Source of the DNA: Phyllosticta citribraziliensis
Lineage: Eukaryota
Direction of reading: 5' to 3'
Length of the DNA stretch: 64,000 nt
Assembly: GCF_038025025.1 (NCBI RefSeq)
Contig: NW_027117348.1
Location: forward strand, 124,001 to 188,000
Shown: positions 1-10,816 of the stretch, in pieces
Numbering within the stretch: the stretch's first letter is position 1
Layout: every line of letters starts with the position of its first letter
Made by a program: the position numbers and the translations under genes
The notes under the pieces: generated by a model
What the model saw: the letters and a program-made list of their open reading frames with translations, nothing else
What the model was told of the DNA's origin: nothing
Databases searched by the model: none

Positions 1-2513
1 GATTAGCGGCCATGCGGTCGTAGACGCTGTACGACTGCGCGGCCGTGTCGACGGCCAGCCCAAACGTGTCTTGGACGTGGTCGACAAAGGTCATGTCGAC
101 CAGCGCGTCGATGCTCTGGCTGCGCTGCACCAGCGCCACGCCGTACAGGCCGGCGGCGACAATCTTGATGGCCGGGATGAACAGAATGACAAACGACGAC
201 GCCGCCACCGTCAGCCCGAGCCGGTTCTTGACGGCGCGGAACGGCGCCAGGACGCTCGGCGCGCTGCTTAGGGAGGACAGTAGCGGCTGCTTCTTGCCCG
301 AATACCCGTTCCAGAGGTTCTTGTACGGCGCCATGACACGCACCGCGGCATCGAGCCCGGAAGACGCATAGCCCAAGACGAGAAAGACGACCGTGGGCAC
401 GAACGCAAAGGCGTCGGACGCGGCGGCCGTGTCGGCGCAAATGCCATCATGTACTTGCGACAAGGCCATGAGAGCAGCGAGGGCCGCCATGACGGCCAGG
501 GTAGCTGCAATGACGCCCCACTTGGCCCAGAACTGAAGGGCAAGCGGGCGGAAGCCGTCGTGGGAGTAGACGCCGGGCGACTGCGAGGGCACGGCGTTGA
601 CGGGCTGGTCCTCCTGCTTGGCCGCTTGCAGCATGACGCCGCCGTTGGGGCTGGGCTGCAGACTCCAAATCTTGGACGCGAGCCCGTGCCGCATGTGGCT
701 CTCGGACGACACGGCCTCGCGGGCAAAGAGTCGCTCGACGGCCTCGGGGGACGACGCCAGCACGACTGCTTGGGCGGCGATGGAGCCGGGGTCCTCGCGG
801 AGGATCGTCTTGGGGCGGAAGAGGGTGCTCTGCAAGACGCACGCAACGGCAATAGCCAGCAGGAAGGCCTGCAACGCGCGCAGCGATATCTGTCTCAGAA
901 ACAACTTGGGCCCGTCGGTGCGAATCTTGCCCTCGACGGGGCCTGTCGTATTGGCACGAGCGAGAGAATTGGTGATTTGCGCCATGATGGCGTTAGCCTG
1001 CTGCTCGACAGCACCAGTCAGCCTTTCAGGGTCGCTGAGGAACGATTCAATGTTCAAAGCGACCTCGTTGTCGGTGATGGACGACGTAAAGGGGTCGAGT
1101 TTGTAGTTGGACAAAAAGTAGCTTGCCGCTTCGGTGATGACGCTGAGATTGGCCTGCGGCTCGACGTTGTAAGTGAAGCCGACGTCGTTGAGCGCAAAGA
1201 CCTTTTGGCTGCGGCCGTCCAGGGGGTTGTTGAGATAAATGTACTGCGCAGCCATCGACGTCTGAATGTCGACTGGAGAGGGCGACGCGCCGAGCGTGTA
1301 GTCGAGCACCTCGCCCGTGGACTGATTGACGCGGACCGTCGCGTCTTGGATGGTGAATGAAGACGAGCACATGGCGCTCACCATGGTCGTGTTGAAGGTG
1401 GTGTCGGAGTCGTCTGCCTGGGTGATGTTTGTTCTCCGGGCGAGGGTCGACACGAGCCGCAGATCCGATTCGTCGTCGCCACAGGCCGTGACGTTGAGCC
1501 ACCCGAGCACAACATCATTGCCATCGGAGCCGGTCGAATACTCCATGACCGTGTCTCGACTGCAATTCAGCTCTGGCTGCTCGCTCGTCTTGGCTGTGAA
1601 GAGCAGCATGTAGGAATTTTCCGGGTCCTCGCCAACAGTCATGTCAATAGGATGGCAACTCCAATTCGGAAAAATGGCCTTGGTTGGCGCCTCCATGGTC
1701 CCATTCTCGGGCATTTGCGACGTATTGGTAAACGACTCGAACACATAGCTGTCCAGCGTCCAAGCCGCAGCCTGGCCATTGGGCAGCTCCTCGGCAACCA
1801 CCGCAGCATACGGCTGCTGGCCTTGAGACGTGTAGGGAATGGCAAGAGAATGATTCGCCGTCTCCAACGCCTCTTCAAACCTAAAGGTGGTGGCCTTGTC
1901 GAAGGTGGCAGGCTGGGTGCTGCTCGCAAACAGATTGACATAGGTGAGCGAGTTGGCCACGGCGACGAGCGCGCCGCAGACGAAGCCAACGACGAGCCCG
2001 GTGAAGACGGCCCAATGCCTGCGGCGCAACGAGGGCACCACCGTAAAGGCCTCGGTGCTGTTGACGTAGTCCAGCGCAACCGAGTTTGAGCTCTTTGACC
2101 ACCGCCGGCTCATGGTCGACCAGGGCGTAATCTTTTTGGCATCGCTGGCGATTGACTTGCACGCGAAGCCCAGCACGACAATGCCAACCGTCGGGATATA
2201 TCTCGCTGCATTGACGCTGCTCGTGTGTTTTGCGTCGGCGGCCAGGCCCTCGTTTCGGCGCACTTCCACGTCCAGGATCTCGAGCAGCAGGGCAAAGACG
2301 ACGCAGTAGAGAGCCAGCGGCAAGGTGCGCGTCATGCGCAGCCATGGAGGGATCCATTCGCGGGGTCGGGGTCGGAGGTGTTGAATTGGTCGAGGCTCTG
2401 CCAGGTCCGCGAGCATGTACTCCTCCTCCGTCGCCACTACCTCAAGTCAGCTGCATTCAGTTCCAGTCCGCAAAGAGACACCAACGCTGTTTTTTCGTAG
2501 TATTTGTCGCCAT
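1..2513 (-). CDS. DUF3433-like multi-pass membrane protein (3' end runs off the window)
   Basis: Minus-strand frame with no stop seen toward position 1, so absent from the ORF track: ...REWIPPWLRMTRTLPLALYCVVFALLLEIL...RYIPTVGIVVLG...KITPWSTMSRRWSKSSNSVALDYVNS...LRRRHWAVF. The W-x-P-x-x-LR, Y-x-P-T and LDY motifs with several hydrophobic segments match my recollection of fungal DUF3433 proteins. Proposed ATG 2513 and intron 2485-2437. Confidence 0.7.
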
Positions 2514-3278
2514 TTTCCGGCGGGCAAACAACAGACGAGCCAAGGCTGGCAGGCTGGACCCTACATATTGATGCACATGTTCAGCCCCCACGCTAAGGAA
2601 CAGGCGCAACAGCCACCCGGCAAGCAGAGCCACCCTAGTTGGCTGCTTTAATAAGATTGTCTCCGTGCCACGATGCGCCCGAGCGCCTGGTGCTTTTGGT
2701 TGAGATGGATGGGCGCGAATCCCGCACGCCGTCAGCTGACATGCAGGCCATGGCAACGAATGGCGGACTGTCCTGGGCGCACTCCACGAAACGTCGACAT
2801 CTAGAAATTTGCTTTGCCAGGTGAGCAACGTCTGATTGGCGGTCACTCTGAGGGTCGACGTAGCACAGCCTGTCGTGGCGCGTTGGGGGCGAAAAGCCTG
2901 GGGTCCAGGCCGGTGGTGCCTCCGCACATTTCCTAGTCCTGTGTCCTGTCAACGCACTCGAATGCCGCCAACGTGTCAACGGAGTTGTTGTAAAGCAAAT
3001 CTGATTGATACCTCCCCTGAAAACTCGAGATCCTCGCTGAGCAAATACGCCGAATGACCGCAAGTAAAAGCAAAGCCGCCCATTTTAAAAGGTGGAAGAG
3101 AGCCGCCAGTGTGTAAGAGGATGCCGACCGCGCCAGTAGGAAACCGCCAGAACTCAAGTAAATGTAACCGCCGTCTAGCTGTAGTAAGAAAAGACTTTTG
3201 AGCAAACCTCGTGCAGGGCAAGCAACTGGGGAATAAAGGAGGAAATGCCAAACTAGCAGGAAAACCAGGGGATTGTGC

Positions 3279-5419
3279 TCAGCGAGTCGGCCGATAACTG
3301 AGGAGCCTCTCCTTGTCCCTCTCCATGGTCGCTGGCGACGACGGCCTGCGCAGCTTCTCTGCGATTAGTCCCTCAACCAAGTTGTACGCATGAGGACCGA
3401 GGTCCTCCTCCGCATACCAGCTGTATTCTTCCGGCGGGCAAGGATCTTCATGCCATTGGACAAGGTAGTGCATCTTGCCGTCGACGACTTTAAGATCAAT
3501 GACCTTTGAGAAGTGGTACTCTTTTTCCTCATCATATTCGTCGTCATCATCCAGACAGATGGCGGTTTCTTTGGTCGCGCCCTCAGTAAGCAGTGGCGCC
3601 ATCTTATGGGCCACGATTCGGTGCGCGGGAGAAGGGTTGGCAGGACCAGGCGTCGGAGTTTTGTGGCGCGGCGGGGTGCGGGGACGAGGAGCATCCAAGG
3701 GACGAGGGGCATTCGACGGACAAGCAGCATTCGACGGACGAGAGGCATTCAACGGACGAGGGGCATTCGGCGGACGAGCAGCACTCAACTGGCCCTGACT
3801 GTTCACCCCGATATTGCGGCGAATCATCTCAACATTTTCACGGGTCTCCCGGTGCCGAGCTTCTGCCAATCTAATGGCTTCTGCACTTCTAATGATCTCG
3901 GCGTAGCGAGGGTCCCGGCGCTGTTCCTCCGTGGGTCCGAAACGGACATCATCCTCGTCGTCTGACGAGTCGGAGCTGGATGAGATTTCGATGATTTCGA
4001 CGGGCCGGCGCGTGGGGGTTTCGGGGAGGTTGCTGGCGGGCTGTGGCTGTGGCTGCGGCAGCGGATGGGGCAGGACTGTGGTTTGCTGTTCGGATTGCTG
4101 TGCGGGCGGCTCTTCACCGTTTTCGTTGACCTTTTCGGCCGCGGTGTTGGTTTCAGGTTCGCGCAACGGTTCTTCGGGGCAAGGAGACTTACTCGCATTG
4201 GAGTCGCGGACCCACTCGTCAGACTCCACATAGGCGAGTAGGCTGCCGATACTTTTGTGCGCTGCAGCTGACTTGGGAGGGCGGCCACGCTTCCGAGGCG
4301 CGATGTTCGGAGAAGCAGATGTGGTCGAGTACTGTGAATTGGTGTGGTCCTCTTTGGTGCGGCCCTCTTTGATGCGGCGAGGGTTGAAGCCTGACAACAA
4401 ATCCTCTGGCTCCTGGGAAACCGAGGCGGAGCTGATGGGAGTGAGAGACGGCTTCTTGATGGGGTGAGGTTGGGCAGTCGCGACAGGTCCAGCTTTTCTC
4501 TGGCTCGAGGCGGCGCTGCCAGCTCGAGAAGGGATAAGGATATAGCCGCCGACGCCTCTGACACTGCCTGGAGTTGCTGTGGTGGCCGCGCCTCTCACAT
4601 TGGCCGGATCCACCTCATCTTCGACGTTGTCAAGATCGTGTGACGCCTCCCGGTCGCTGCCATTGCTCTCCGAAACACCATCAAAGGCGCCATTGGCAGG
4701 GCCCACACCCATGATCGCAGCCGTCTTCTTTGGAGGTCGTCCGCGTCTCTTCCCCGCAGGCAGCGTGTCCACGAACGCCCGAGGCGCTTTCTTGGTGTTG
4801 CTCGTCGCCGAACGCGGCCTCTCCTCGTCTTCACCCGTGCTGCTAGGTGTTTTCCACGTCTGCGTTCGCTCAAGACCCGCCGCGCCAATAACGATGCCCG
4901 GCATGACCTCGTCCGGATTGAAATAGGCGAGCTCGAAGCGCTCCAGCTCGGCGGGGGAGACGTAATCATCAATGTCGTCGAGCTCGACCTCGCGCTCTTC
5001 AGGCTCCGTGTCTCCATCCTGGCCGGCCCACTCGATCCTCACAGTGTAGATTGGCTCGCCGCTGCCGTTGCGGTAGCGTCGCGACACGATGGTTGTCGTT
5101 GCGTCGGCGATGGGGATGCGGTCGGAGGGGGTGGGCCTCACGGGGCTGATGGAGGAGCGGCGGACGTAAGGAAGGGGAGGCTCGACGCTGCCATTGACGC
5201 GCGCATGGTCTTTGACGAGCTGTAGCCGAGGGTCAGCAGGCGAAAGCGGCGGCGAGAGGACGAGACGCGTAGTGGGGAGCGAGGGCAGGGCGCGACGGAT
5301 TGGGGTGCGGATGACGCGCAAAGCCGGAGCGACGCGTCGCCAAGTGCAAGACGAACCTTGAGCTCTTGAGAGGTGCGCTGCCTCTTGCGGGGCCGCGGAG
5401 AGGACGCGTCAGACGTCAT
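3279..5419 (-). CDS. Chromodomain protein with two AT-hooks
   Basis: Exon 1 5419-5357 (MTSDASSPRPRKRQRTSQELK), intron 5356-5220 (GTTCGT..GCTGAC..CTACAG), exon 2 to stop 3279. AT-hooks KRRGRPPKK and RKRGRPPKS. C-terminal EYHFSKVIDLKVVDGKMHYLVQWHEDPCPPEEYSWYAEEDL fits the chromodomain pattern. Confidence 0.85.
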
Positions 5420-6533
5420 GGTGGAGGGGAGGGTTTGGTTGTTGGTGGAGAGAAGAAGTTCGGCCGTGACCCGGAGTTAAGGCTGACACGTGACGCGGAA
5501 CGCTGACAAAGCGCCGAGCCTTACGCCGCATGTGGAAATCCGGCAGCGATGGTGACCATTTGGGACATTGGTCGACTTTCTTGGGACGCCGCTTGATTCT
5601 GGGAGAGCCGGCGTGAGATCCCGTTCTCATTTTGATCTCCGTCTCTCACTGACAGGTCCTCACCCGTCCAACCACGGCGCAGCCCACTCACCCGCGCATG
5701 ATGCTGAACTTCACCCAGCAGGCCGGCGCCAGACTGGATTGTCCGCCGAACGCGATCCGGCAGTCTTTGAAACAAGTAGCATTCGCTCACAAACGCCCCA
5801 AAAGACCAGACTTGGCCATGGAGCGCACGAAGACGGGACGATGCGCCAGTGAATCTCTTCGGTGCAAAACTCGAAATGCGTGGAACGAGAGTCTTATCCT
5901 CGTGCTCAGTCTTTGAGATTTTCGGCTGTCTGGATGTCAAAGGCTTCGGAGCCAGTCAGTATACCGCACCACTGTCAATTTGTGAGGTCGAGAAACTTGC
6001 CTGTTTTTGCGCCGCGCAGACCGACAGCTGTTGGCCTGCTCATTTTTCCGGCCCTCCGATGCACCACCACCGGCAAGACACTGTGCAACTCGCATCGCTG
6101 TCCGCCGTATGGAGATGTTGATGGGAAGCCGGAATATTGCCTGTCGTCCCTCATCCAGAGTGCAATTCCCGCTCAATGAGCCATGCCCACCTACTCAGCT
6201 CTCCTGCGCGCGGCAACCGCACCATTCTTGGCTTCAACGAAGAGCACAATCGCCGCGACACCGAGATCTTCCGCCGAATCGTCCTCAGCAGAAACAGCGC
6301 AGCATTACCCACAACGCAGAGCCTGGGCTGGCAGAGGTGCACAGCATGGCCGCAGACCCAAAGCTTGTCCAGCTCACAGCAGCACGCCAAACTCACCATC
6401 TCTCATCCCCCTCACTCCATTGTGTTGGAAGTCGACTTGTCAAAAGATCGGTATCCCTACGAGTGGAAAGACAGCCAGTTAGCACGAATCATCGGTAAAT
6501 GGGGAGGACTTGAAAGAGGAGAATGCAGCATTG

Positions 6534-6601
6534 TCAGAGAACAGTGTGAAGTCACGGCCGCGACTCGTAATCTTTATTTTGCCATGTTTCTGGCTCATCA
6601 T
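6534..6601 (-). ncRNA. Intronic box C/D snoRNA-like unit 1
   Basis: Box C ATGATGA 6601-6595, box D CTGA 6537-6534; intron 6642-6457. Confidence 0.75.
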
Positions 6602-6746
6602 GGGTTGGTTTGATGTAGGGGAGGGAAAGGGAGCGAACTCACATCCGTAGCTTCAACGCGCAGAAGTCGGGCCAGATCACCTGCGTCCATTGAATCAGCC
6701 GATGCCGCAAGCTTGGAGTGATTTCCTTCGGAACAACGGAACAGCT

Positions 6747-6816
6747 TCAGAGTAAATTGAAAGTCACAGTCGAAACTCGTCGATCTTATGTCGCCAACAG
6801 TGTGGCTGATCATCAT
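6747..6816 (-). ncRNA. Intronic box C/D snoRNA-like unit 2
   Basis: Box C ATGATGA, box D CTGA; intron 6851-6681. Confidence 0.75.
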
Positions 6817-6964
6817 GCGCTGCTGCGGTGCAAAGGCAGGGAAGGACTTACGTTCGCTGCTCAGGCGCGTGGAGGCTGCGGAGGCCACGCAGGATTACTT
6901 GCGGCACTTGAACTAGCTGATGCTGCAAGCTTGGAGTGGTTGACTTCAGAGCGATGGAGTGGAT

Positions 6965-7042
6965 TCAGATTTTTACCCTACATGTGATGAAAGTCATGGT
7001 CGAAACTCTTCCATCTTTTTGACCAAATGTTTGGCTCATCAC
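6965..7042 (-). ncRNA. Intronic box C/D snoRNA-like unit 3
   Basis: Box C GTGATGA, box D CTGA; 5'ss at 7083; branch site and 3'ss degenerate. Confidence 0.65.
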
Positions 7043-7245
7043 GCTGAGCTTCGGTGCGGGGGGAGGGAAGGGAGTGGACTCACGTTGGTGACTCGAGCTG
7101 ACTTCGAGGTCCACACACGGACGGAGATTGCGGAGCGCGCTTCTTTTTTGACGGTCGCCATGCCGCGTCAAACGTCCACCTGATGTTGAATTAGCTGAAT
7201 TTGCAGGGTCGACAAGCGAGCGAGCTGGGAAAAAGGACAGCGGAG

Positions 7246-7323
7246 TCAGTACACCAGTGCGATGAATCAACGGCACGTCCTCGAACGGAAGGAGAACGCA
7301 CCTCGTCACGCTTGTATCATCAC
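7246..7323 (-). ncRNA. Intronic box C/D snoRNA-like unit 4
   Basis: Box C GTGATGA, box D CTGA; intron 7360-7180. Confidence 0.75.
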
Positions 7324-7512
7324 GTGCTTGCTTCGGGCGGTGGGAAGGAGAAGGACTTACATGTGCGTCGAAAGCTGAATTGCGACGTCTGTTCGCTGCA
7401 CATGGAAGAGGATCTGTGAACTCCGCCTGCAGGTCTTTCGGCGGCCTGCGCACACCATGTCAGCTACTGGACGATTCAATGTCTTCGATCGCAAGGAGAC
7501 GCAGCAGCAGTA

Positions 7513-7600
7513 TCAGATGGCCGTTTCTGCTTGTCTTCGTCATCGCGGAAACCGCAACTCAGACTGCATGACTACAACTTGTTGCTTTGGCTCTCATCAA
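7513..7600 (-). ncRNA. Intronic box C/D snoRNA-like unit 5
   Basis: Box C TTGATGA, D' CTGA, C' CGATGA, box D CTGA; intron 7644-7446. Confidence 0.8.
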
Positions 7601-7754
7601 GCGTTGTGCGGGTATCCCGCTCGGAGGTACGGGAGGTGACTTACTTGAGACAATGAACAAGGGAAATGCGTTTTGAAAAGACCCGCCCTGGCATCGCAGA
7701 AGGTTAGCAAATGCAAGTGACGACGGAGCAAGAAGACGGCGAGGAGGAGCAGAG

Positions 7755-7813
7755 TCAGAGAGTGTTTTCGGTCATGTGTTTCAGAATAAGATCAAGAATT
7801 TGGTAGTCATCAT
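7755..7813 (-). ncRNA. Intronic box C/D snoRNA-like unit 6
   Basis: Box C ATGATGA, D' CTGA, box D CTGA; intron 7845-7688. Confidence 0.8.
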
Positions 7814-7948
7814 TCAGCGCAAAGGTAGAAGGAGATAAAGCTTACCTTTGAGCCCAGTCGCTGCGAAGACGTCGCAAATCTACGGTGCAGAAACCAGTCA
7901 GTAAGTGAGATTGCTGAAAGCATGGAAACGAGGCATGGCGCAGCAGGA

Positions 7949-8003
7949 TCAGAACAATTCTTTCGCTCATGGCGGTCAGAAAGAGAAACATAGGTGTCAT
8001 CAC
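7949..8003 (-). ncRNA. Intronic box C/D snoRNA-like unit 7
   Basis: Box C GTGATGA, D' CTGA, box D CTGA; intron 8039-7880. Confidence 0.8.
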
Positions 8004-8139
8004 GCGGTGAGTTTTTGCAGGAGCAGGGGCAAGACTTACCACGAGTGCGAGTGCTAGAAAAGCCGCGAACCTGAAATGAAACAGCCAATCAGCACTTGGC
8101 CACGCTGAGGGTGCGGGAAAGAGGAAGGAAGGAGCAGAG

Positions 8140-8191
8140 TCAGGGTAAGTTCTCGCTAATGGATTTCAGAAAGAATCATGAATGTCATCAT
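8140..8191 (-). ncRNA. Intronic box C/D snoRNA-like unit 8
   Basis: Box C ATGATGA, D' CTGA, box D CTGA; intron 8234-8071. Confidence 0.8.
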
Positions 8192-8337
8192 GCACGTGGT
8201 GGGTTTCTGGAAGTGTGCGGGTCGTGGGACTTACTGGATAGAGCTTGAGGCAGTTTTGCGAGGAGCCTGTGCCTTGCGTATGTTAGCAGCTGCAATCAAC
8301 TACTCAGTGGATGCAGGAGAATGTGGAGGGAATGGGG

Positions 8338-8396
8338 TCAGAATATGCGTTGTTCTCATGGGGCTCAATGTGACAATAACAGACTTGGTTCATCTC
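8338..8396 (-). ncRNA. Intronic box C/D snoRNA-like unit 9
   Basis: Variant box C GAGATGA, D' TTGA, C' ATGAGA, box D CTGA; intron 8439-8267. Confidence 0.7.
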
Positions 8397-8579
8397 GCGT
8401 CTGTCGCGTAATATCGGTGCGGAAAGGGATGAAACTTACGGAGCGATACGGCCTGGAGCTTCACGGGACGGCAGGATGGGAGAAAGGTATCTGTGGAAGC
8501 GTTGGTAACCGGTCTGTGCTTTAAAAAAGTCAGCATCAGGACTATTCAATCATTGAAACGAGGGTATGTTGGAGTAGAG

Positions 8580-8636
8580 TCAGGACAGCTTTGCGTTTTC
8601 ATGGTTGTCAAAAAGAGCTTCTGGATGGGTCATCAT
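8580..8636 (-). ncRNA. Intronic box C/D snoRNA-like unit 10
   Basis: Box C ATGATGA, D' TTGA, box D CTGA; intron 8669-8514 (GTAATC donor). Confidence 0.8.
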
Positions 8637-8776
8637 GCGAGGTTCGGCGGAGGCTAAGGTAGAGATTACCGTACTGTTGAACGTGGAATGTCCTGCTGCA
8701 GCTGATTTATGTTCTGTGACTTGGTCAGTATCAGGAAATCGTAGGTGGGTCGAGGACAGAGGAGATTGGAGTGGGG

Positions 8777-8836
8777 TCAGAACAGGCTTTTGCTATCATG
8801 GGTTTCAAAACGACATCTATTACTTGTGCTCATCAC
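8777..8836 (-). ncRNA. Intronic box C/D snoRNA-like unit 11
   Basis: Box C GTGATGA, D' TTGA, C' ATGATA, box D CTGA; intron 8869-8714. Confidence 0.8.
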
Positions 8837-8971
8837 GCCAGACTCGGGGGAGGATTGGTCAAAACTTACAAGGAGGCTGAAAACGAAGTGCTACTGCGGC
8901 CAATCTGTCTCGCAGCGAGTCAGTTTCTGGACGGACGGGCAGGACGAAACGTGGAGTCGGATGAATGGGCA

Positions 8972-9033
8972 TCAGAACAGCAGTTGAGAGATCATGGATT
9001 TCAAAATGATAAAGACAAATTTGGGTTCATCAC
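8972..9033 (-). ncRNA. Intronic box C/D snoRNA-like unit 12
   Basis: Box C GTGATGA, D' TTGA, box D CTGA; intron 9067-8905. Confidence 0.8.
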
Positions 9034-9174
9034 GTGCCGCTGGGTAAAGGAGCAGGGCTGAACTTACCAAAGGGCACTCATGCTTAAAGCGTGACTGCAG
9101 ATCACCTACACTGAGGCTCGTCAGCTTCTGAATTCGATGGCCGGCATGGCGGAGGAGGGGCAGGTGCGAGAGCG

Positions 9175-9233
9175 TCAGAACAGGTTTGATTTCATGATTT
9201 TTCAATCTGAGGACGACGAAGTCGATTCATCAT
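9175..9233 (-). ncRNA. Intronic box C/D snoRNA-like unit 13
   Basis: Box C ATGATGA, D' TTGA, box D CTGA; intron 9267-9106. Confidence 0.8.
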
Positions 9234-9370
9234 GTGCTGCGGTGGAGAGATGAAGGGTTGTGCTTACCAAAAAATGCGCCGCGACGTAGGATTGTGAAAG
9301 GTGCACTGTGAGCAGTCAGTTTACGAGTCTGTCCATGTATCGAAGTAAGGCTCGGCGGGGTTGAAGAGGG

Positions 9371-9429
9371 TCAGAAAAAAGTTGATTTCATGGTGTGTCA
9401 ACCAAAGAACGAAGTTTTGACTTCATCAC
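9371..9429 (-). ncRNA. Intronic box C/D snoRNA-like unit 14
   Basis: Box C GTGATGA, D' TTGA, box D CTGA; intron 9463-9306; core differs from unit 15 at one base. Confidence 0.8.
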
Positions 9430-9564
9430 GCAGGGTTGGGAAGAGAAGCAGGTTTGAACTTACAAAAGGGCGTCAGATGAGGATGGACGGAGGGTGACCT
9501 GTTCCACGAACAGTCAGCTTTGAAGTCTGCGTGAGAATTTGGGCTCGGTGTGGGTTGAAGAAAG

Positions 9565-9623
9565 TCAGAAGAAAGTTGATTTCATGGTGTGTCAACCAAA
9601 GAACGAAGTTTTGACTTCATCAC
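9565..9623 (-). ncRNA. Intronic box C/D snoRNA-like unit 15
   Basis: Box C GTGATGA, D' TTGA, box D CTGA; intron 9658-9499. Confidence 0.8.
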
Positions 9624-9762
9624 GCGGTGTTGAGGAGAAGAGGTAGATTTGAACTTACTAGAGAGCATGATTCGAGGGGGGACCGACGATTATCTGTACC
9701 GCAACAAGTCAGCTGCTGAATTTGCCAATCAAATCGAAGCGGAATGGGTTGAACGCATCGCG

Positions 9763-9822
9763 TCAGAAGAGAGTTATTTTCATGAGTTTCAGAATAAGGA
9801 CAAAGGAAATTGGGATCATCAG
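9763..9822 (-). ncRNA. Intronic box C/D snoRNA-like unit 16
   Basis: Box C CTGATGA, D' CTGA, box D CTGA; intron 9857-9694. Confidence 0.8.
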
Positions 9823-9962
9823 GTGCTGTATTCGCGTGGAAGGATGGTTGAACTCACAGAAGACGGGCCTGGTGCTCCAATGCCATCAGGATCCATCTGA
9901 GTGTGCACAAGTCAGCAAAGTGCACAAGCGGCCGAGTCGGAAGTGGGCGGGAGCAGGTAAAC

Positions 9963-10020
9963 TCAGACGAGATGGTGTTTTCACTAGGCTCAAAGGAAGA
10001 ACAAAAGACTATATCATCAT
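9963..10020 (-). ncRNA. Intronic box C/D snoRNA-like unit 17
   Basis: Box C ATGATGA, D' TTGA, box D CTGA; intron 10055-9897. Confidence 0.8.
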
Positions 10021-10156
10021 GTGGGGTGTTTGTGCAGAGGAAGGGTGAAACTTACGGCATCGAATCAGCGGCAACGAGAATTCTCCAAGCTAGAGGTCAA
10101 AGTCAGCGGACTGAAGTTCAAGTGGAAACGCAACAAAGGTGTGGTGTATGGTAGCA

Positions 10157-10216
10157 TCAGAACGGATTTGACATCAAGGGACTCAGATGGACGAAGAAAT
10201 ACCTGGGGTTCATCAG
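10157..10216 (-). ncRNA. Intronic box C/D snoRNA-like unit 18
   Basis: Box C CTGATGA, D' CTGA, C' TTGATGT, box D CTGA; intron 10250-10090. Confidence 0.8.
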
Positions 10217-10360
10217 GTGATGTGGTGGGCAGAGGAGTGTCAGAACTTACCGCAGGCTTTCATTCACTGCCTCGCCGAAGATGCTGGCGATTTGTACCCT
10301 GACGAGGAATTAGCAGGAACATTCAACGGCGGAATCAGACGGGAAGGACAAGTAGTAGCA

Positions 10361-10426
10361 TCAGAAGAAGGTTGTCATCAAAGAGATCAGACTGAGGACG
10401 AAGAAGAATGATGGTTGGTTCATCAT
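10361..10426 (-). ncRNA. Intronic box C/D snoRNA-like unit 19
   Basis: Canonical C ATGATGA, D' CTGA, C' TTGATGA, D CTGA; intron 10468-10299. Confidence 0.85.
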
Positions 10427-10559
10427 GTGCAGGATTTGGGTATGGGCTTCGCGTCCGGAGGAACTTACTGGCAAGAAAAAAGTTGATCTGTGGACAAGGA
10501 AAAAGTCAGCGGAAAGCTTCGATTGATGATTCAGGCTGAGTCGGGGGGAAGGAAGGTAA

Positions 10560-10614
10560 TCAGAAAATTTGTGTCTTCAGAGTGAACTCGGAAGATTGAA
10601 TACTAAGGCATCAT
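10560..10614 (-). ncRNA. Intronic box C/D snoRNA-like unit 20
   Basis: Variant box C ATGATGC, D' CCGA, box D CTGA; intron 10650-10488. Confidence 0.7.
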
Positions 10615-10757
10615 TTGGGAAGCCGTTCGGCGAAGGAGTCAAGAACTTACCGTCTCACAGGAACATCGTTGAAGCTATGCGACACTGCACACGGGGAAAA
10701 TGTTAGCACAAGCGTTCAATTCAGAGGCAGGGTGAAGGCATGGAAGTTGTAGGTCCC

Positions 10758-10816
10758 TCAGACAAGTTGTATCATCAAAGGATTCAGTACGACATCCTGT
10801 AAGAGATTGTCATCAT
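10758..10816 (-). ncRNA. Intronic box C/D snoRNA-like unit 21
   Basis: Canonical C ATGATGA, D' CTGA, C' TTGATGA, D CTGA; intron 10847-10685 (GTGTGT donor). Confidence 0.85.

Noticed and set aside
449..1360. 303-aa plus-strand ORF
   Set aside because: Antisense shadow of the GC3-rich DUF3433-like gene on the minus strand.
7517..7525. Unit 5 target ATGGCCGTT resembling 18S rRNA (CATGGCCGTTCTTAG)
   Set aside because: Only 9 nt and recalled from memory; too short to call without a search.
9649..9900. Plus-strand 83-aa ORF and similar short ORFs within the array
   Set aside because: They overlap minus-strand introns and snoRNA cores, start at non-ATG codons and have no recognisable motif.
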